NCBI GenBank assembly: GCA_934660865.1
Contig: CAKUIA010000002.1
Coordinates: 30,001 to 62,000, forward strand
Direction of reading: 5' to 3'
Length of the DNA stretch: 32,000 nt
Origin: an uncultured Opitutales bacterium
GTDB lineage: Bacteria > Verrucomicrobiota > Verrucomicrobiia > Opitutales > Intestinicryptomonadaceae
Both the position numbers and the translations under genes were made by a program. This document shows positions 26,747-32,000 of the stretch, one piece after another. The notes under the pieces are model-generated. The model made no database searches, was not told the DNA's origin, and saw nothing but the letters and a program-made list of their open reading frames with translations. Positions within the stretch are counted from its first letter, which is position 1; each line of letters starts with the position of its first letter.

Positions 26747-27919
26747 CTAGGGCATTTTAACCCATGCGCCGTCTTTTTGGTTCGATTCTACCGCGGCTTC
26801 TACAAAGGCCATACCCGTTCTGCCGTCGTCTACAGTAGCGTATTTAGAACCGTCGCACTTAAAGGGCTTGCCCTCCCAGTAGGCGCGCACGTCGGCTTCA
26901 AAGCTGCGGTGCAAGCGCGCGTAGGCATCGTGGAAACCTTCAAAGTGCCCCGAGGGAATTCTAGGTTCCTTAAGCAGCCATTCGGGAACGTCTTTTAGGA
27001 AGCCGTCGTTGGGGGTTATGCCGCCGCGCCAGTAAACCCTGTCGGGCTGGTTAATCATGTTAATGCGCACGCATTCCGATTCTTCCTGCTTCCAGCGCAA
27101 AGTACCCTTTGTTCCAACAACTTCAAGCGAAAGGTCGTTTTTGTGCCCCGTAAAGATTTGCGAAGCGCGAACCGTTGCCTTGCCGCCGTTGCTAAGGTCG
27201 CAATAGGCCATAAAGTTGTCGTCTAGCACGCGACCCTGAACAAAGTTTTCGAGGTGGGCGCTTACCCTTGTTACGTCTAAGCCGGTAACAAAGCGCAACT
27301 GCATTAAGGCGTGAATACCAATGTCGCCACCGCAAAGAGACTTGCCCGATTTTTTCGGGTCCGTACGCCATACTTCGGTTTTTTGTTCGAGCTTTTCGGC
27401 CAACCAACCCTGCAGGTACGAAGCGTCTACAAAGCGGATTTCGCCCAAAAGACCGCTTGTTACTATAAAGCGGCTAAACCAGGTTGTCCAGTGGCCCAAA
27501 TAGGTGTGTGCAACTGCAAAGGGAACGTTCTTTTCCTTTACGGCTTTAACAAGGGCGTCGGCCTGCTCAAGGGTAAGTGTCATAGGCTTTTCGCACATAA
27601 CGGGAATGCCCGCCTGCACAAACTTCATTGCAGGGTCGAAGTGTACAAAATTGGGGGTTACAATAAGAACATAGTCTAGGCGTTCTTCTTTGGGAAGTTT
27701 CTTTTGGTCTTCCAGCATAAGGTCGTACGATTCGTAGCCTTTAATCGGATACGGCCAATTTGCCGCTTCGCTCATCGCAATTTCGGGATTCGGGTGCAGC
27801 GCGCCTGCAACTACTCTGCGCGTACCGTCCGAATGAATAGCCTTTTGGTGGGGCTGCGCAATAAATGCGCCCGCGCCGCCGCCTATTAAACCAACTCTCA
27901 AGGGTCTAGGAGATGCCAT
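26747..27919 (-). CDS. Gfo/Idh/MocA-family NAD(P)-dependent oxidoreductase
   Basis: Start trimmed to ATG 27919: MASPRPLRVGLIGGGAGAF is a Rossmann N-terminus. The 45-codon extension to 28054 is AT-rich, not protein-like, and lies upstream of the predicted promoter. Contains the family EKP motif (VMCEKPMT). Confidence 0.88.
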   Translation of the reverse strand: MASPRPLRVGLIGGGAGAFIAQPHQKAIHSDGTRRVVAGALHPNPEIAMSEAANWPYPIKGYESYDLMLEDQKKLPKEERLDYVLIVTPNFVHFDPAMKFVQAGIPVMCEKPMTLTLEQADALVKAVKEKNVPFAVAHTYLGHWTTWFSRFIVTSGLLGEIRFVDASYLQGWLAEKLEQKTEVWRTDPKKSGKSLCGGDIGIHALMQLRFVTGLDVTRVSAHLENFVQGRVLDDNFMAYCDLSNGGKATVRASQIFTGHKNDLSLEVVGTKGTLRWKQEESECVRINMINQPDRVYWRGGITPNDGFLKDVPEWLLKEPRIPSGHFEGFHDAYARLHRSFEADVRAYWEGKPFKCDGSKYATVDDGRTGMAFVEAAVESNQKDGAWVKMP

Positions 27920-27979
27920 AATTTTTTGCTCTTTCTTTTTGTTGTTAAAAAACCGTGTTAAAGTTGTTATTGACGAAAT

Positions 27980-28008
27980 ATTAAAACCGCACACCCCGTT
28001 TTTTTCAA
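27980..28008 (-). promoter_or_regulatory. Sigma70-like promoter candidate for the oxidoreductase gene
   Basis: On the minus strand: TTGAAA (complement of 28003-28008), 17-nt spacer, TTTAAT (complement of 27980-27985). Hexamer matching only. Confidence 0.35.
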
Positions 28009-28039
28009 GCAAATTTGAAAATTGCGGTAAAAATATCTG

Positions 28040-28069
28040 TTGCAAAAAAGGCATATTGGCCGCTAGTAT
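28040..28069 (+). promoter_or_regulatory. Sigma70-like promoter candidate for the MBL-fold hydrolase gene
   Basis: TTGCAA (28040-28045), 18-nt spacer, TAGTAT (28064-28069), 20 nt before ATG 28089. Hexamer matching only. Confidence 0.3.
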
Positions 28070-28088
28070 GCCCGTTTAAAAATTAAAG

Positions 28089-28865
28089 ATGATTCAATTT
28101 CATGTTATATCCAGTTCAAGCAACGGCAACTGCTCGCTTTTGCAATACAAACAAAGCAAAGTTTTAATCGACGCGGGCATAGGCATAAGAAGTCTTGAAA
28201 AATTTTTGCAGCCGAACGGGCTTACGGTAAACGACATAAACGCGGTTTTTATAACCCACGAACACGGCGACCACTGCAAAATGCTAAACAGCCTTTCAAA
28301 ATACCCAAACCTTTGCGTTTTTGCCAACGAAATGACCGCCGAAATGGTTATGGCAAAATATCCGAAATCGAAGAAGCTGCACTGGAAAATCTTTCATACG
28401 GGCGACTTGTTCGAATATAACGAAATGAAGGTGCAGTCGTTTTCGGTTCCGCACGACGCCAACGACACCGTAGGCTACAGGTTCGACTGCGACGGCGAAA
28501 ATTTTGTGTGGATGACCGACTTAGGCTACCTAAGCGAAAACTGCATAAATATGGCAAAGCTTGCAAATCTGCTTGTGCTGGAATCCAACTACGACCCGCA
28601 AATGCTTGAAAATTCAACCCGCACCTATTCTCTTAAACGGCGCATTAGGGGCAGCAGCGGCCACTTGTCGAACGACGACGCCCTTTCGCTTTTGCAGCAA
28701 TTAGATTTCGAAAAATTAAGCAGGGTATATTTAGCGCACGTTTCGCGCGAATGCAACAGCACCGAGCTTATCGCCGACAAGCTGAAAACACTGGGGCAAA
28801 ACGCCCGTAAAATAGAAATTGTAAACCCTTTTGCCGAAGTTTTCAGGCAGGTACACTCGCTTTAA
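28089..28865 (+). CDS. MBL-fold metallo-hydrolase (YycJ/VicX-like)
   Basis: Metal-binding motif FITHEHGDH, later SVPHDA and SGHLSN. 258 aa; substrate unknown. Confidence 0.85.
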   Translation: MIQFHVISSSSNGNCSLLQYKQSKVLIDAGIGIRSLEKFLQPNGLTVNDINAVFITHEHGDHCKMLNSLSKYPNLCVFANEMTAEMVMAKYPKSKKLHWKIFHTGDLFEYNEMKVQSFSVPHDANDTVGYRFDCDGENFVWMTDLGYLSENCINMAKLANLLVLESNYDPQMLENSTRTYSLKRRIRGSSGHLSNDDALSLLQQLDFEKLSRVYLAHVSRECNSTELIADKLKTLGQNARKIEIVNPFAEVFRQVHSL

Positions 28866-28908
28866 AAGTACCTATACGCCGCCAAATATTGCGGCTTTCA
28901 AAAAAAAC

Positions 28909-28942
28909 AAAAAACCTTTCGGAACTGCCCGAAAGGTTTTTG
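28909..28942. terminator. Bidirectional intrinsic terminator between convergent genes
   Basis: Perfect 10-bp stem AACCTTTCGG(28913-28922)/CCGAAAGGTT(28929-28938) with a 6-nt loop. A run upstream and T run downstream. Confidence 0.8.
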
Positions 28943-28961
28943 CGTTTAATGTATCTGGCCG

Positions 28962-31208
28962 CTATTTTTTAAATTCGAACGAGGGGGGAACCGCGTCTAT
29001 TGTAGTTGCCCAAGTTTTGTTCGGGCGCAAGCCCATTTCGAATTCCAAAACGCCGCCGTTCATAATTTCGTCGTGCGTAATCCACGAGCGGTTAAGCGGC
29101 TTGCCGTTAAGCTTTGCCGACTGTATGTATTTGTGCTCGGGAGCGTAGTTGTTGGCTACAACCGTAAACTTTTTGCCCGATTTAAGGTTGATTTCGGCCT
29201 TCTTAAAGAAGGGAGTGCCTATTACGTACATCGGCATACCGGGGGTTACAGGGTAAAAGCCCAAAGCCGAGAATACGTAGAACGAACTCATCGAACCGCC
29301 GTCTTCGTCGCCGGGCATACCGAAGTAGTCGGTTCTAAACCACATATCGGTTAGGCGGCGTATCAAACGCTGGGTTTTCCAGGGCTTGCCTATGTAGTTG
29401 TACAAATACGGAATGTGCAAGCTGGGCTCGTTGCCCATTACAAACTGGCCTACCATACCCGTCGAGTCCGGCATTCTGTCGGGCCATATTCTGCGGGGGC
29501 AACCCAAAGTTTCTATGAACATTCTGTCGAGCTTGTCTTCAAACGCCTTTGCCGAACCGAACAGGCCGTATACAAGGTCGTTGGTATTGTGGGTTACGTC
29601 CCAAATGTATGTCCAGGCATTGTTTTCGGCAAAATATGCGCGCGCGCCAACTCCGCCCGAAAGCTTCGGGTTAAAGGGTTCTATCCATTGGCCCTTCTCG
29701 TTTTTGGGAGCAAAAAAGCCCGTCTTTTTATTCCACAAATTGCGGTAGTTTACCGCCCTTTTAAGGAACATATCGCGGTCTTCTTTAAGACCCAATTCGT
29801 TGGCCATTTGCGCCATGCACCAGTCGTCGTAGCTTTGCGCCAAAGTAACGGTAACCGCCTGGCGCTGCTCAAAACCGTTTACAATCGGGTAGATTTCCTT
29901 TTCGCCCTCGGCCAAGCCGGGGAAGTATCCGTGCTTGTTGTAGAATGCGTCAAGCTCCATTGCCGGCGCATATATCCACGGAATCATTGTCGTTTCGAAT
30001 ATGGTTTTTTTGCAAAGGTCGTAGGCCTTTTTAAGGTCTATACCCCTAATACCCTTGCAGTAGGCGTCCCACACAATGGAGGCGTAGTGGTTGCCGTTCA
30101 TGCCGTGCATATCGCCGTAGATTTGCGGGAATGTGGGCATTCTGCCCGACTGTTCGCCCATCTTTATATACGAAAGCACCTTTTCGCGCTGCAATGCGGG
30201 GTTTAAGATTGTAAAGAGGGGGTGCAAATTGCGGTAGGTATCCCACGACCAGTCGTCGCAATAAAAGTCTGAAGTTGTGTCGATGTGTATTTTGTTGTCG
30301 TAGGCGCTGTAGTATTGGCCGTCTTCGCTGTAGTTCGCCATTCTTTCGTGGCATCTATAAAGCGAAGTGTAGAACATATTTTGCTCTTCGGTAGTGCCGC
30401 CTTCTATCCGGATTTGGCCTAAGCAGTCTTCCCAAGTCTGTTTTGCCAGGGCAACTTGTTCGGCAAAACTCTTGCCGCGCATTTCCTTTTCGAAATTCTT
30501 TTTTGCCTGTTCTTCGCTTATAAGCGAAATTGCGTATTTAACTTCGGTCTTCTTTACGCCCTTGTTGAATTTCACGTTCACGCTTTGGCCGTTGCCGTTC
30601 TTTATAACCGCCGCCGATTTTACGTCTTTGCCCAATTCGGCGTAAACAAACACTTTTACCGAGCGTATGTTATTTTTAGGATTATCTCTATAAAAGAAGT
30701 CGTAGCCACTAATTGTGCCGTCTTTTTGCGAAGCCGTTAGCTTGCCTCTTTGCGAAGTAATGTAAACGCCGTTTTCTTCGCCGTCGAATTTCAGCTCGAA
30801 AATACCGCACTTTTTTGCGGGCGAAAACGAAAGCTCTACGCCGTTTTCCTGCAAATATACGTTGTATTTGTAGGGTTTAGACGTTTCGTTGTCGAACCAA
30901 TAGTCGGTATTGGGGTTTTTCATATCGCCCGAATAGGGGGCAATTCTGAAAGTGCCGTCGCGCCTGTGTCCCAAGTATGCAAGGGGAAAACCCGAAATTC
31001 TTTCCGAGGTAAAACCGTCTCTGCGAATGGGGTAAAAGCGCACTTCGCCCTGGGGCAAATGCACCGTCTGGTAGGTGGGAACAAGCAAGTGGCTTATCCC
31101 GCCCGAATAAGAGCAAACCTTGTCGGCCAAACTTTCCCCGTTGGCGGCATAAGCCCCAAACGACATAAGCGCCGCCGACACCATCAATCCAATATATTTT
31201 ATATTCAT
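28962..31208 (-). CDS. GH92-family glycoside hydrolase (putative alpha-mannosidase), secreted
   Basis: Family-typical segment GMPGDEDGGSMSSFYVFSALGFYPVTPG and overall size. The ORF-track start at 31217 is TTG. ATG 31208 gives the signal peptide MNIKYIGLMVSAALMSFGAYA-AN. Confidence 0.88.
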   Translation of the reverse strand: MNIKYIGLMVSAALMSFGAYAANGESLADKVCSYSGGISHLLVPTYQTVHLPQGEVRFYPIRRDGFTSERISGFPLAYLGHRRDGTFRIAPYSGDMKNPNTDYWFDNETSKPYKYNVYLQENGVELSFSPAKKCGIFELKFDGEENGVYITSQRGKLTASQKDGTISGYDFFYRDNPKNNIRSVKVFVYAELGKDVKSAAVIKNGNGQSVNVKFNKGVKKTEVKYAISLISEEQAKKNFEKEMRGKSFAEQVALAKQTWEDCLGQIRIEGGTTEEQNMFYTSLYRCHERMANYSEDGQYYSAYDNKIHIDTTSDFYCDDWSWDTYRNLHPLFTILNPALQREKVLSYIKMGEQSGRMPTFPQIYGDMHGMNGNHYASIVWDAYCKGIRGIDLKKAYDLCKKTIFETTMIPWIYAPAMELDAFYNKHGYFPGLAEGEKEIYPIVNGFEQRQAVTVTLAQSYDDWCMAQMANELGLKEDRDMFLKRAVNYRNLWNKKTGFFAPKNEKGQWIEPFNPKLSGGVGARAYFAENNAWTYIWDVTHNTNDLVYGLFGSAKAFEDKLDRMFIETLGCPRRIWPDRMPDSTGMVGQFVMGNEPSLHIPYLYNYIGKPWKTQRLIRRLTDMWFRTDYFGMPGDEDGGSMSSFYVFSALGFYPVTPGMPMYVIGTPFFKKAEINLKSGKKFTVVANNYAPEHKYIQSAKLNGKPLNRSWITHDEIMNGGVLEFEMGLRPNKTWATTIDAVPPSFEFKK

Positions 31209-31283
31209 ACTGCCCAAAAGCTATACATACAAAAAAAATATTTCGAGCAAAATTTTAAATTTTTTAATCGTTATATTTTTTCC

Positions 31284-31312
31284 TTGAAACGGTGCCCGTT
31301 CAAAAAGATAAT
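31284..31312 (+). promoter_or_regulatory. Sigma70-like promoter with an overlapping imperfect inverted repeat (operator candidate)
   Basis: TTGAAA (31284-31289), 17-nt spacer, GATAAT (31307-31312). The inverted repeat TTGAAACGG(31284-31292)/CCGTT-CAA(31296-31303) covers the -35 and part of the spacer. Confidence 0.4.
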
Positions 31313-31369
31313 ATCCTCATTACTAAAACCAAACATTTAAACAAAACACCAAAAATATCGGGAGGGATT

Positions 31370-31945
31370 ATGGACTACAAAAAAGCGTTTGCTTTGTTTG
31401 CATTTGTCGGGCTGTCGCTTTCGGCAAGTGCCGATTTTGCCGACTTCGGCGAAGAAAGAAAATGGCGTTCGTGCATTGGCGGCGACGAAATAGAGCTTAT
31501 AGAAGACTATTCAAAAAACATAGGCAGCGCATACAAGGTTTTGGCAAATTCGGCCCCCAAAATGTGGTATTTGGAAATAGGCCCGAAAAAAACGCCCGTT
31601 GTAGCCGACAATAAAGGCGAGCTAGACTCGCTTAAATTTAGCTTTTACATACTCTCTTCACAATCCGACTGCTTTTCTTCGGCAGCAATGCGCTTTACCG
31701 ACGCAAAGGGCGAAATGTTCCAGATAAGGTCTTCGGCGTTCCCCAAAGACGGACAATGGACTTTGGTTGAATTTACATTCCCCAAAAAGGGAAACATAGA
31801 ATCGTGGGGCAAAGACAAAGACGGCAAAATAGACTACCCGCTTTCTTTTCATTCGCTTGTTGTAGACTATTCAAGGCACAACCTTAACAAGCCCGAATTT
31901 TACATTGCAAAATTCAATATGCAAAAACAACCCGCAAAAAAATAA
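31370..31945 (+). CDS. Small secreted protein of unknown function (beta-sandwich/CBM-like by sequence pattern)
   Basis: The ORF-track start at 31292 is GTG. ATG 31370 is preceded by GGGAGGG and gives the signal peptide MDYKKAFALFAFVGLSLSASA-DF. Alternating hydrophobic beta-strand pattern; no family recognised. Confidence 0.75.
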   Translation: MDYKKAFALFAFVGLSLSASADFADFGEERKWRSCIGGDEIELIEDYSKNIGSAYKVLANSAPKMWYLEIGPKKTPVVADNKGELDSLKFSFYILSSQSDCFSSAAMRFTDAKGEMFQIRSSAFPKDGQWTLVEFTFPKKGNIESWGKDKDGKIDYPLSFHSLVVDYSRHNLNKPEFYIAKFNMQKQPAKK

Positions 31946-31963
31946 CATCTTTTTCAGCACACT

Positions 31964-32000
31964 ATGAAATCTAAAATTTTTATACAGACATTGGCGGCTT
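31964..32000 (+). CDS. 5' end of another ORF (MKSKIFIQTLAA...), truncated by the window edge
   Basis: ATG at 31964, 18 nt after the previous stop. The first 12 codons look like the start of a signal peptide. Too short to judge. Confidence 0.3.
   Translation, partial: MKSKIFIQTLAA

Noticed and set aside
29415-30206. Long antisense or off-frame ORFs inside confident genes. Examples: 29415-30206 (+, 263 aa, inside GH92), 6077-6694 (-), 9824-10435 (+), 19016-19582 (-), 20573-21115 (-), 22182-22733 (+), 23989-24534 (-), 30750-31340 (+).
   Set aside because: Each is fully nested in a gene with strong family motifs on the other strand or frame. Their translations are low-complexity and Arg/Cys/Phe-rich with no recognisable motifs, as expected for shadow ORFs produced by codon bias. 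There is no independent start or RBS signal.
1-32000. CRISPR arrays, IS elements or transposases, rRNA/tRNA genes, and defence or toxin-antitoxin pairs.
   Set aside because: I scanned the intergenic regions and the ORF translations. There are no spaced repeat arrays and no DDE, HUH or serine-recombinase-like proteins. There are no nuclease/ATPase defence-like ORFs and no small adjacent ORF pairs. The only repeats are terminator stems and the 10-nt direct repeat reported above.

Overview
This window is a gene-dense chromosomal stretch from a diderm bacterium with moderate GC by eye. I cannot assign a taxon. About 29 protein genes are packed with short gaps and several start/stop overlaps.

Gene content in order:
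- Plus strand: a complete tripartite RND efflux operon (lipoprotein adaptor, AcrB-type pump, NodT-type outer-membrane lipoprotein), a UDP-glucose 6-dehydrogenase that looks animal-type, and a large secreted protein of unknown function.
- Minus strand: a seven-gene run with 0-35 nt gaps or overlaps (class-III aminotransferase, yggS, aroE, prepilin peptidase, xerC-like recombinase, malQ, ptsI).
- Plus strand: lgt, wecE-like, rlmH, nagA, metG; then an unusual 256-nt spacer; then a 75-codon ORF, dapA, dapB, ruvA.
- A loosely organised tail: unknown lipoprotein, Gfo/Idh/MocA oxidoreductase, MBL-fold hydrolase, GH92 alpha-mannosidase-family enzyme, small secreted protein.

I found no rRNA, tRNA, CRISPR array, transposase/IS element, or recognisable defence or toxin-antitoxin module. 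I do not see a convincing novel multi-gene system.

The parts most worth a second look:
- the structured metG-dapA spacer (candidate small RNA or micro-ORF plus a perfect 10-nt direct repeat)
- three secreted or lipidated proteins of unknown function
- the operator-like inverted repeat between GH92 and its divergent neighbour
- the animal-like UGDH

Several ORF-track starts are TTG, GTG or upstream-ATG extensions, and I have trimmed them. All functional calls come from motifs read in the translations. No database search was run.
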